Shown here in pieces: positions 24,132 through 36,200 of a stretch of DNA of 64,000 bases (within the stretch, counting starts at the first letter, position 1; each line of letters begins with the position of its first letter). The position numbers and the translations under genes are program-made. Source of the DNA: Ascidiella aspersa (lineage: Eukaryota); the NCBI GenBank assembly GCA_963924565.1, contig OZ004607.1, forward strand, positions 8,556,001-8,620,000. The letters are read 5' to 3'. The notes below the pieces were generated by a model. It worked only from the letters and a program-made list of their open reading frames with translations, was not told the DNA's origin and did no database searches.

Positions 24132-27100
24132 CCCTAAACTAATTTATTGCGTTCTCATGTGATCAGTAACAAGGGAAAATGATATTGAGCTGCTATCGAA
24201 TAAAAAACAAATGCTTGAGCCCAAAATGTTCCCAAATGTTTAGGTTAGTGCCCAAATGTATTGGGTCGCGAACCAAACCTGGGTCGCAAAGGGTAAAAAG
24301 ATGGAACGCGCATGCACGATTAAAACCTGCCAAAAATTGCACTGTTGTAAATTTATATACGTTAAATTTTACAATAAGAACCATGATTTTCCAACCATTG
24401 CTTTGGGTTTTGTAATATTTGCAGTTTTAGAATCACTTATCGTTTTCCAGCAACCCTAAATACCACAAATCTCACATATTTACCTTTGTAGGTTACGAGT
24501 TATGGTTGTAACCTATATAGCCTAAAATTACAGCACCACATCTGAATTCTTGATTTTAATATGTGACCAAATAGGATTAATATAATTACTTTGTAGCGGA
24601 CCACGATTAAGACCAATGGTGATTTCATAAATCTCGTGGCTGTCATAGCCTCGAAACTAATGCATAAGTCGGCTGTGATATATCTTGCATGCTCTACAAT
24701 GTAACTGAATAACTTGCGAACCTAACATATTCACAATTTGGTTTAATTCGGCACTGGTACATGCACTTTAAATAAATATTTTTTATTTGGTTCAGTGTCT
24801 TTTGATGTCAATTTTCATTTATAAAATATTTAAGTCAACTGGTTTTGAATGACGTTACAATGATTCTAGACATACGAAAAGACAAAAAAAGTTCTCCTAA
24901 GATTTACTCTTACTCTACGTTTTGGCACCAGTCATCTACGTAGCCTGCGCTTATCAAGATATGCGTCACACACTTATGACTAAACGACAAGTTCTAAGCT
25001 CTAAATCACAATAAAACTTGCTAATACCTCCTAAATACAAGCCGAACCGAAACTTTGACTAGTAACCTGCTTTCAACCCTGTTTTAGGAAACCTTCACGC
25101 GCAACACGAAAAATCAATGTTTACCCATTTTTTAACCGTCCACGAAATTGTCAAATGTTTTTACAAGGCAGATCCGGTTTATGCAGTAACTAAAAAGGTC
25201 GCCTCTCTCAGCGCAGTTCAATGAACAAACGCGTACACTCCTCAAGCAAAAAACTGGGTTGATTGTTGGAAAGATAGCAAACAAGCTCTACAAACTCAAA
25301 CTGTGCGTTGATCCGCGAGCTGGTGAATTATTAACGGGTTCACGGCGGGATGCCATTGTTCTGTAATAGTGGGGTGGTGGCTGGCTGATTACTGTAATCC
25401 GAACGACTGAATTCGCTGGCTTTTGTACAACTTTGGCCGCGAAAATGACTGGTACTTTCTGGTTAATCCCACCACTTCAATTAAAACCACACCTCGCCAG
25501 CCAATCGCACACAAGCGTGCCAAACTTAGCGTTCAGTTCATGTCATACCAGGTAACAGGTAACATTTGGGTAATTTTCTGTAGGACTTGTAATTGTAGTA
25601 TGATAAATGATGGCTAGCAATGGGGGTACCGTACCGTTCGGTGTACAACTGCTCATGGTTTAAGAAGTCTAATTATGTAGTTTAACACAGCTAATTTGAC
25701 CAGGCATACCAATATTCGAAAACCGAGCCTTTCTACAATTTAAAACATACTTCAAATAAGAGTCTCTGCCCGATTTGCTTTTAATAGCAGTAGGGCGTAA
25801 AATCCTTTAACATAGCTTGCTTTCCCGTTTGCTTACTGGGAAATATTAGACGGGTGGAAACGACAACGTCACTATTTGACGCTCCCCTGGAGTTTGTTTT
25901 TGCTTTACACTTCATCAGGTTACACAACACAATAAAACAAAACGTAATAAGGACTGAACATCATGTTTTTCGCTTTCCCAGCCGACAACAGTACATGGTA
26001 ATACCACACCGAAAAACATGGCGAACTCTGACAAAAGTACGTAAAGTTGATTAACTAGCAAACACCTGTTATGTCTCTGACTGACTGACAGACTGACTGA
26101 CACTTAAAGAGTTGACTTGTACAGACTGCCACACACATTTTCAACAAATACAAAGTTTCACTTCTTAGTTATGCCTAGTCATGGCAGAACTAACAGGTGT
26201 CTGTAGCAAAACGTCCACACTTTACATAGAACTTCAGCCTGCATATCGTAAATTACAATTCAGCAGTTTTCCAAAGTAAAATTCCCAAGCGGATTTCGGC
26301 GTGTGCTGGTTAACAAAGTACTGTGGCCCCGAAAAAAACGCCGCTTACCGCCGATCAACGCGTTACCATTATCGAGGATTCACAAAAGCCTGTATTGTGC
26401 TTAGGCACCAGCTTCTCTATTCATACAACACGCCATCAATTGAGAGCTATGGCTTGAAGGGCCTTGTTTGATTATTACAGGGCGCTTTGGCGCGGCGCCT
26501 GTCGCGTACAATTCGTCTGCTGGCAGTCGACTTGGGAAAGCAAACGTTCAGCTGGGAATGGGAGGCTGTTTCGCTGCTATTTTTGAGCGTGGTTACCCTG
26601 TGGCTGACTGGTTGTCCGACATGTTGTTGCGGTGTTGTTGTACTCGTGTTTTAACACGCTATTTTGCACGTTGGGTGAAATTACAAGAAAAATGATTACA
26701 ACTTTGTGTTGCGTCACTGTTATATTATTTGCTTGATCTGCGTTGCGTAAAACAAAACTAAACCTGACAGAACTCGTACTAACAGTTTAATACAGTAGAA
26801 AATTACGTAACTGGTAAAAAACTAAGTTTATTTTGGTGAAGACAAAAAGCTGTATTTACATTTGAATACAACCCTGTGAGGCTTTACTGTTTTTACGAAC
26901 AAAATTTAATAACGCTACAAGAAAAGAAATGCAGAATCGAAGTGATAGTAGTTATCTTTAGATATTTAACATAGTCTTATAATCCATTCGCCAAAATGTT
27001 GGTAGTATGGTAATTGCAGTTCATGCTGTAATCTGGACAGTTTATTTACAAGGGGGCAATAAGAAAACATCACCATACCCGTGGCAAATTCGAGTATGTC

Positions 27101-27228
27101 AATGGGAATTGCCGATGTTTCTAAAAATAGCTGATCAACAGATTAACATTCAGGTCAACATAACCCTCGTGCACCACCCTACGGAAGCCAGTTTTAGCCG
27201 ACGTTCACTACAGCCGGCCACAGCTTGA

Positions 27229-27289
27229 CAGTGAGTTTTTGCGCTATTTCAACTGAAGGCAGTGAGTTTTTGCGCTATTTCAACTGAAG
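27229..27289. repeat. Perfect 31-bp direct tandem duplication
   Basis: cagtgagtttttgcgctatttcaactgaag occurs twice. Confidence 0.85.
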
Positions 27290-27617
27290 TTATATCGTTG
27301 AAGAGCGTCGCACGACACGTTTTGCACATTTCGTATATAAATCAATCACATGAACAGGGCTGTAATTAAATCTATATTGGTTTCGACTGAAGCCGTTGAA
27401 TATAGCAGCATTTTATTAAAAATGGAAAATTGTATATTTTATAATAAGGAAATTTAGGTTGTTCACGTCGTTGAATTAGGAATAGGCTATAATTACATAC
27501 TGGTGTAATTTAAGTAATGTAATTTTAGCAGCGACAAGTCAGAATCAGATTATGCAAGTGACCCAAAGCAACCGGTATTCAACTTATATAGATATCAAGC
27601 AAAATTTTACCGTTTAG

Positions 27618-27985
27618 CAGTGTTGCGATGACTTTAAATTTGACTTTAAACTTGTGGTTTAAATCACTTAAATCACTGTTTTTAAATGAATTGAATTGAC
27701 TTAAATATTTGGGCTAGAACGGCTTGACTGTACTTAAGTCTATTTTTTTAGTCTATTGATCAAATGATTTGACTTTTCGACTTACAGTAAGTCATTGATT
27801 CAAATGACTTAGGTTTAAATAAAAGTTGTCTTGAAACATTTTTTCAAATTGGTTTAACAATCTCAATTTGTGCACGTAAAACAGTGTGCTCGCTTTATGT
27901 TGCGTTTTTGTTATTTTGTATTTACAATTGACTTGACTCGGACTTGACACTTGAGTAATTTCATATTGGTTTGCTTACAACACTG
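27618..27985. mobile_element. hAT-type MITE with GACTT(GA) subterminal repeats
   Basis: TIR CAGTGTTG/CAACACTG; flanks ccgtttag/ccgttcat (6/8, TSD-like). A related right end lies at about 20695-20823. Confidence 0.72.
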
Positions 27986-28320
27986 CCGTTCATTACTGAA
28001 ATGAATTTAGAAATACCACGTTTGATACAGTAATCAGTGATCCGACATGGATTTTTTTAAATCTATCTTGTGGTAAATTCAAACTCACAATCTAGACTAT
28101 CTGTCACGCTAAATGAGATAAGTAAGTTTAGAGTAAAGCCATTCGAGAAACGACCATACGACTTCTGACCGTTTTACTCATTCCACTATATATCGCAATA
28201 AACGAAATTCTCAGTTCCTAATAAATCAACTTTGAAAACACAACTAGAGTCAGTCACTTCGCCCTGCCTAACGATAACGGCTCCATATCAGAAGCAAATA
28301 TGGGAGTAGCTTTCAACAAT

Positions 28321-28326
28321 TTTATT
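28321..28326 (-). promoter_or_regulatory. Candidate polyadenylation signal of Smurf (3' UTR of about 1.9 kb)
   Basis: tttatt on + (AATAAA on -) at the end of a minus-strand T-rich, UTR-like tract running from the stop at 30228. Other AATAAA candidates exist. Confidence 0.35.
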
Positions 28327-28631
28327 ACGTTCAACGAAAAAAAGCACCATATATGAGACACGAAAGAAAAATCGCAATAGACATATACTCTTGTATTTAC
28401 ACGAACAAGTGTGACGGTTTAACACTGGACATCAACAAGACAACAGTTGATTGTAGCATAAGCGGCCAGGCCAAGAAGTGACTGACGACAACAAAAAACA
28501 AACACAAGACAACAAAATATCGGGCGTTATATGAAAGAGCGAGCGAAAACGCAAACCTACAGGTGGTTCTGGTGCGCGACTTTTCCCAAAAAGGTTAAAA
28601 TAAGGTCATGGCACACAGGTATACACACAAC

Positions 28632-28866
28632 TAGGTGTGTCCGATAATATCGGATCGAGTTTAACAAATGGAGGTAACAACTAGACTTATTTAAAGCTAA
28701 AGCAAATTTTGGCTTTATAACTTGGAAAAATTTCCTTTAACGTTTTAATTTTGCTTGTTAAAGCATTGTAATGACGTCATTCGGTATCGGATCGAATCGC
28801 GACACTTTGGTTTCATAATATCGGGTATCGGTTTTGAAATAACATGCCAATTATCGGACATCCCTA
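28632..28866. mobile_element. hAT (Ac-like TAGGGATG end) MITE within the probable Smurf 3' UTR
   Basis: TIR TAGGTGTGTCCGATAAT / ATTATCGGACATCCCTA (15/17 match); TSD cacacaac/caaacaac; GGTATCGG subterminal repeats. Confidence 0.82.
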
Positions 28867-30125
28867 CAAACAACGATGCTATTACCCGTATTTACAGGCG
28901 GACTTTTTAAACAACAGGTTAGTATAGTGTGACACACACTACGCGGTTATGCTGATTTTTAGAAAACAATCTTCGGATTGGAAGACTTGCCGTGCTTTGC
29001 TGATAATGAAGTTTCTCAACAGTGTTTCGAAATCGCGTGGAAAGGCGGCGGCGTTGTATAGCTGGTTGCGGCGGGCAAAAGTAAAATCATCGCGAAAGAA
29101 AACGGGTTTAAAGGCGTTATACAGTTAAATTAAATACGAAAGCAGACAACGGCTAGCGCTGAACTTAAAAAAAAAACGACAACAAATATAATAAAAAGTG
29201 TGAAAAGCGCGTGGGAAGAGAAAAAAACGAAAGGTGAGCGCTTTAAATAAGTATAAGGTAGAGAGAAAAAAGGCCAGATTGTCAAAAAGGTGAGATATTA
29301 TGTACAAGGCGGACCTGAGGTAGATGCAAAAGTGGAAAGCATGTCTCCGGTCGAGCAAGCTTCGTTTGTGTTTGCTAAAAATACCAGGCTTATTATCGCA
29401 ATCACCATCTCGTTTTTTTTTTATTTCAAAGAACCGTATATTTTTGGTTTCATGAATTTCTCGCACAGTACATTTTTGGCTTTATGTATTTCGACAAAAG
29501 AATAGCAGTTTTTTTTTTTAAATTCCGAAAGCATCGGTCGATTTTTTTATTTACCAGGCTACATTGTTTTGATTTTTAGCATTTTTTACCACAATTTTTT
29601 TCAAAAACCCTAGTAAACCATATCAAAATTGGCCTAGAAAACAAAAAACTAAAAAAACGTTCTTCATCAAAATATATGAATTGAAATCTCAGTCGTAAGT
29701 CGATTTTGATTTGGCAAACAGTGCAAAGGTGTGATGTGGATCGGCGTTCCTGCCTTGCTTTGTAAAACTCGGTTGCTACAAAGTAAAAGCCCACGCAAGA
29801 TGCTACGAGGGCAAGAAATGAGCTTATCTTGATACGTACGTGTGCGGAGAAAATAAATTGCGCCGTCGGCGCGAAAAGCCTTTGTGACGTGACAATGAAT
29901 AGCAGGCGAACGCGAAAAATGCGCCGTCAAATAACGACGACTATAAAGTAAGCGCCCTTGGCAAACACGAAAAGCGGAGGTTGGCCGCGATTTTGCAACA
30001 TTACCAAAAATAAAAATAATGAAATCCTCTTCCGTCCGAATGCAACTCTCCCAGCGTTCAAAGACATCTTTTTCCGGCGAATTGAAGAATTCGGAGCTCG
30101 CTCGGTGGACAACCCAACGAAACGC

Positions 30126-30237
30126 GGTACGCAGTCGTTCGATGCGACTCGAATATGGTAAGCGGTCATTCAGTGCGACACGAATGTGGTACGCGGTCTT
30201 TGTGTGCGACGCAAATATGGTACGCGATCATTCTGTG
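30126..30237. repeat. 31-bp minisatellite (3.6 units) overlapping the Smurf stop codon
   Basis: Units start at 30126, 30157, 30188 and 30219; approximate consensus ggtacgcggtcattcngtgcgacncgaatat. Confidence 0.85.
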
Positions 30238-33200
30238 AAAAAACCGCACGTGTTTTCGATAGCGCACGTCAGCTTGCCGAGGAGTTTGTCGAACGTCTCG
30301 TACGGAGGGAGGTCGATACGGTTGAAGCTGCGCAAAAAAGCTTGGGATTAGTTTGGTTGTTTTTCGCTGTTGTATGTCGCACTGACGGATGTGATATCGT
30401 TTATCATTAAAACGACTTGTCACACAGCTGCCAAACCACAGGACAAAAAAACACTAACGATTTAGGGAAATGGGCAAAGGTTTGGCATTTAAATCCAACA
30501 AAATATGCAGTTGTGCTATACCGCCGTCTTTCTAAAAGTAAGGTATGTAAAATAGTTTCAGAGAGTACGCGAAAGCAAAGTGGTGAGGAGATCTACCCCT
30601 AAATAATGTCAAGCGTTTCTTACCATGTGTGTGCTTTCGGCAGGCACTCGGTCCTGTTGTCGACGAACTGGATTGTGAAGAGCCGGGGCCCCTGGGTGCC
30701 GGTGGAACCCTGAAGCGCTTTGAAGCCCTGGAGTGGAACCCGGGACGAACCGGTGACGAATTGAAGGACCCTGCGTAAGAGGAATTAAGCAATTAAATAT
30801 GAAATTTCCGTAATATGCATGGTATTTAGGTTGAACTCTTACCATGAAGGTCAAATTTACAAAATTAGAAAATGATGCCAAAAATTCAAACGAGGAAAGT
30901 AGTCGTCAACTACGCATTGAGCCATAAATGGGTTTGGCGTAAAGAAATTAGTTCAACAACCATAACAAACCGGTATATAATTTCGAACAGGACATAAAAA
31001 AAAATTGGACTAGTATATGCCATAAGTTTTCGCTAGGTCTGCATAAAACACAGATAAGCAAAACAATAAAATGCGAAGACTACATAAACTGATTTTACAA
31101 GTCGAACTGTACAACTAACTAGGCCCAGTAAAAACATCGAACCTGTCGGGTGGCGACCATATACCATAAAAACAAACAAAATCCAAACGAACCTTGCCCT
31201 CTTCTCTTCGTCGAAGCTGTCGATCGCCTGCCAGAACCACTTGACGATATTGGAGTCGTGGCTGCAGTGCTTGAGCTTGGTGTGACGTTTCCAGTCGTCT
31301 ACGTCGATCTTCCCCAGACCCCCGATGATCAGCTCCAGCTCTCGTTCGTCGAAGGGACGCAGGAGATGCTGAGGAATCAGCTCGTAGAAGCCCTGGAGCA
31401 GGAGGAAGATGAAATTGAGGACGATGTTTGTTGGATATATTGTGCTTACTGCGCTGGTGATGCCTAATAGTGTTTTAAGGTAGCAAAACGGCAACAAATG
31501 CAGTTGAAGTTTATTCGCCAAATAAACGTTAGCTATTTTTTAGTGTTTTTTTAAGTGTTATATCAACATTATGCTTATTTAAAAAAAATTAAGCATGTTG
31601 ATTCAAAGATATATTGATGTTTTCATAGATGTAAGTTTATTGATTGTTGACTTTTGGGCAAACTTAAAAATTAAGTGTAAATAAAACTTAAACAAAAAAA
31701 AATTGAAATATTTTTACAGTTTAATTTTTACTTACAATTAGCTTAATACGCAGTTTACCACCAGTCGTGTGTGCTTTGTAGTTCGCATTTTAAGTTTCTT
31801 TTATTTACTAAAATTTTAGATTTTTTTTTAAAACTTCCAAACAAACTTTAAAAATAACGTAGAGCTTGCTTATCTTAAATCTTGAGAAAAAAAATGATTA
31901 GAACAAGCTTTTATTTTATTCCCGTTTACTCAAAGTCCGTCACTTGGTGTTAACACCGTTAACAATGAAACAGCTCACAAAGCATTTAGTTTGCTATCAC
32001 CTCATACCGTTTATGTTTCTACCCTTGCCATATATAGTTGTTTACCTTGGACAGTGAGATGTTTATCTTAAATGTTAGAGAAAAAATTCAGAACAAGATT
32101 GTAATTCAATCCCGTTTGTTTAAAGTCCGTTATTTGGAGTTAACACCGTTAAAAATGGGACAGCTCACAAAGCATTCAGTTTGCTATCACCTAATTCCGT
32201 TAAGGTTTCTACCATAGTTGTTTACCTTGGACAGTGACAGAAACTGGGCCTCGATGCCTCGCAGAAAGCGCCAGTTCACGTAGAGCTTTACGTACTCGCG
32301 CTTATTCTCTTCAGAAACGAGTATCTCGGCGCCGTTGGGCTTCAACTCGTGCAAGACTCGCTCGCCGAACGAGTAGTGCTCGACGCAGAAGGTGTGGTCC
32401 AGTACGTCGGTGATGTCGTTCTCCAGAATCCACTTCATCGAATTGTACAGGTCGGGGTCGACCTTTTGTAAAGGAAACAACGAAACGTTGAGAATTTAGT
32501 GGAGGTATGTCGGCCGATTTTTTGTTGTTGTTTATTTTTGGGTCGTTAATTGTAAGAAAAAAACGAAACGTTTTTTTTTTTATATTTTTCATATTTACAG
32601 CCGTTTTTTGCAGACTTCTGTCGAAATGTATGTCAATTTCGTGCAATGTGGTATCAGTAGCGAATTTTAGCATATTGCTGCCCAGACTTATTGTTAATCT
32701 CGCTGATTTAAATACCAAAAAACATTTAATTTCAGAATTTTCTGGTGGGTCGCGGATTGATATTAAAGGTAAAAAAACTGTTAGGAACTCATTTGACAAA
32801 ACATTGGTTAAGGCCTATTCCAATTTCAGTCAAAGCCTGTAGGGATGTTTCCATACTTAGCATATATTAAGCGTAATCCGCCCTTAAAAGTGATCGTAAT
32901 CCGATCAAAACGTCGGGAAAAACTATAGTTTGTCTTTAAGGGGGCATGAAAACCTAGCAGTTGCGGCTTATTGATAAGTTATTATCAGGGCAATTTACGG
33001 GGCAGCCTTGGCAACAAACGTCCCCTTTGTCCGTCGCTTACGAGCAATTTTCGAATAATCGGAAGAGGAATTTTTCTTCGAAAAGAGCACAAGTTATTGA
33101 AAGTGCCCTTATCCAAACGTTGGTTTTCAAATTGATGATTTAAAGAAAAAAAAATTGCCTAAATTGTGGCCGTTGCAAGTACAGTTGCTTAATTGGGCCA

Positions 33201-36200
33201 CCTCACCATTACAAACTCGAATAATATGGAACTCGAATAATTTTTTTTATAGACTGTATCACGTACTGCATTAATTTCACTCAAAGGGCTGTTTTTTTAA
33301 ATCGGTTTCTGTATTAAAATGCCTATTGCTCACAATTTAGGCGTTTATTAATAAACCCTACTTTTTAACTTTGCCAAGTAATGTCGGTCCCGGGCAATAG
33401 GCGAAACATTGACTAGGCAGAACTGCACAATTTTCAATTCTGCTTTGATTTCGCCAAACACAGGTTAAACTTATAAAAAAGCCAGAAAGCTTTCCGAAAC
33501 GCTTGTCTCTCTACACACCTCCTCCATATCCTCCAGCGAGATTGATTTTCCCAGCAGCTGTTTGTAGAGCAGCATAGTGAAGCCTCCGTCGATGTAGTGG
33601 CCGTGATATACCGCCATCCCCAGCACTCGACCGACGAAGTGGAAATAGGAAAGGTGGTCGGGGTTCACGTGCGAGTCAGGGTTGATCTGCAGCGTGTAGA
33701 TGTCCTCGCGCGAGTACTGCGAGTACGAGTAGACGAGTTAGTTGGTTTGGTTTGATACTAAGGGGTGGGAATGCGTTTGGGATATAGAACAAGAGTAAAG
33801 ATCATTTTTGATGGAACGAGTAGCATAAATAAAAGGGGAACGAGTTAGCAAGCTAAACCTATTTGGTTAGAACAGGTAGAGTGATTACGAGTAGGAAGCG
33901 AGTAGCAAGCGAGTGCAAGAGTTCGTTTACTAGGTGTATCAGCTTATCAACCAAATATATAATTTATGGCCATAAAATGGACATAACATAATGCAACACG
34001 CTACTTTAATAGATTTTTATATATATTAAAGAAAAAAAATCTCCACTTAACAGCATTTTCTTTAAGCACATACTCCAAGTCTCGAAACACTGACTTTTGT
34101 AAATAAAAATAAGCTTCGGTCTAAGACAACATGAAAACATATCGCCTGTAAACGATTAACTTGGCTTACCTGGAAGAGTCCGTAGTAGGGGTTGAACATC
34201 TCGTGTGACAAGATGTAGAGCCACTCTCGTGCCAAACCACCATAGTCGAGTCCGTCCTCGCCAGAAAACTTCACCATTAGTCGCTTTTTTAGGTCCTTTG
34301 GTTTCATCTTCATTACGAGGCTGCAAATACAGAGAAAAAAACAGCGTTATTAAACGAAAACCAGGCATCTTAAAAGTTATAGGCATGTACACTATATAGA
34401 TATTGGCAGACGTATAAGTGATAGACTAGGTTTTTAAGGTAAGCAAGACAAGATGACTGCCTGAAGTAGTTTGATCTCAATTATGTTCGATACTATATAA
34501 CGTTGACCCCCCAAAAAGTATTTGTTTAGCCTCTCACCTGTAGGACTGCTCAAAGGCCTCTGATCGCCTGATCTCGAGCCGGCAGTGACCGGTTTGAGGC
34601 TGCTGGGACTGGATCTCGCTGCGTAGGATCTTCAGCTTGTGAACGAGGTCGCGCTTGTGACGAGGGAGGTGTGCGGTGGGCGGGGCCTCGACCGGTTCTG
34701 ACGCAGCTTCTGTTGCCACAACAAAGTATTAGGGGTAATGTTCGATGATTTTTATAATACAAATTTTAACTGTGACCAGATTAAACAAGGTCATATAATG
34801 AACTATCAATAATGAAAAATAAAGTGAGATAAAACCAAGATTTGTTACAGAGCGTCTAACTCTAACCCAACGAAATACTACAAAACAACAGACACGAAAT
34901 CAACAGCGAGAAACGTAACAGCAGCAAGCAAAATCTACAGTTCTAAGTTTGGGGATACCTACCGTTGGTTTCACCCCTGTCCTGCAGCCGACCCATGTAG
35001 CGCCCCAACCTGGGGTCGGTGAACTGGGTGGTGCGGCTCGAGTGGTCGATGTAGTAGAGGCGACCGGTGGCCGACGACCGAGACTCCCAGCCATCAGGAA
35101 GCGGACCCAGGTCTTCAGGGTTAATGTGTGTGAGGTTTCGGGGTACCCTGGGGTCGTGCCAGGACGATACCCCGGTCTGGGTGTGCAGGAAAAACACCTG
35201 ACCGTGGGGCGTGGTCCGCTGCTCGTACCCTTCTGGCAGGGGCGTCCCGTGCAGCTGGATTCGCGTCATATAGTGTTTGTGACGTCGCGAGCGAGGGGGC
35301 TCGTCCCCGGTGGGGCGGGTGGGGTTAGGGGGCGAAGGGGCCGACGTTGGTGGCGGGGTAGGGGGCGTGTGCGGCTCCACGCTGGTGCTGGCGGGCCGGT
35401 TACGCCCCTGGTGGGACTCGGAGGGGGCTATTGCACTGAGGGGTCGCCGTGAGCGGCGCTGGACTGGCTGGGTGGGTCGCTCCCATTGCGTCGTCCTGAA
35501 AGGAGAGAGGTTTTTAATGGATTTTGGCGAAATTGGGTGAGATTTTGTTATTGTGAAGTGTTTTGGCGGCTTATCGTGTCGCGTTTTTGTGTGGGTACTA
35601 CTGAAGCAGAATTAAACAGGTTTCAGTTGTTTTCGTTCACACTCATAAATAGTTAGCGTCTGTATAAAATATTTCATATATAGCTACAATCTCAAACCAT
35701 ATTATTAAAAAAAAAATTATCTAATTTCACATATCATCAAGAAAAATAGAAAGATTTTCGTTTGAAGAACTGTGACCTGACAATTGAAAAAAGACACATC
35801 TCACTCTTAGAAGAAAAACTACAAAAATAATAACATATTCAAACCATACAACTTGTAGAAATTCAACCTTAAAAAAATGAAATAACCTAAAAACTTATTC
35901 ACTGTCGATACGAAAAAAGCTTTTTCACCGACCTGGCGTAATGATTGACGTACTGAATCCTCCCGTTTGCTCTTCGCGCCTCCCATCCTTCCGGGAGGTC
36001 GTTCTCGTTGGGAGGAGGAATCGATCGGGAGTCGATCACCAGGTTTGAGGGGACTCGGTCGTCAAGGTCACGGCTCTCGATGCTCACCACGATCTGGCCT
36101 GGAGGGAAGATTATAATTGAAGATGTGACTCTTTTGCTTGTATAGATTTTAAAACACTTCTCGTATGCCATTCTTCCAAGCAAGTATTACTCGTTTAATA

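Noticed and set aside
30126-30237. CRISPR-like array
   Set aside because: The units are head-to-tail degenerate 31-mers without unique spacers, in a eukaryotic context with no cas genes.
34949-35540. Plus-strand ORFs of 167 and 76 aa
   Set aside because: They are antisense shadows of the GC-rich Smurf WW exon.
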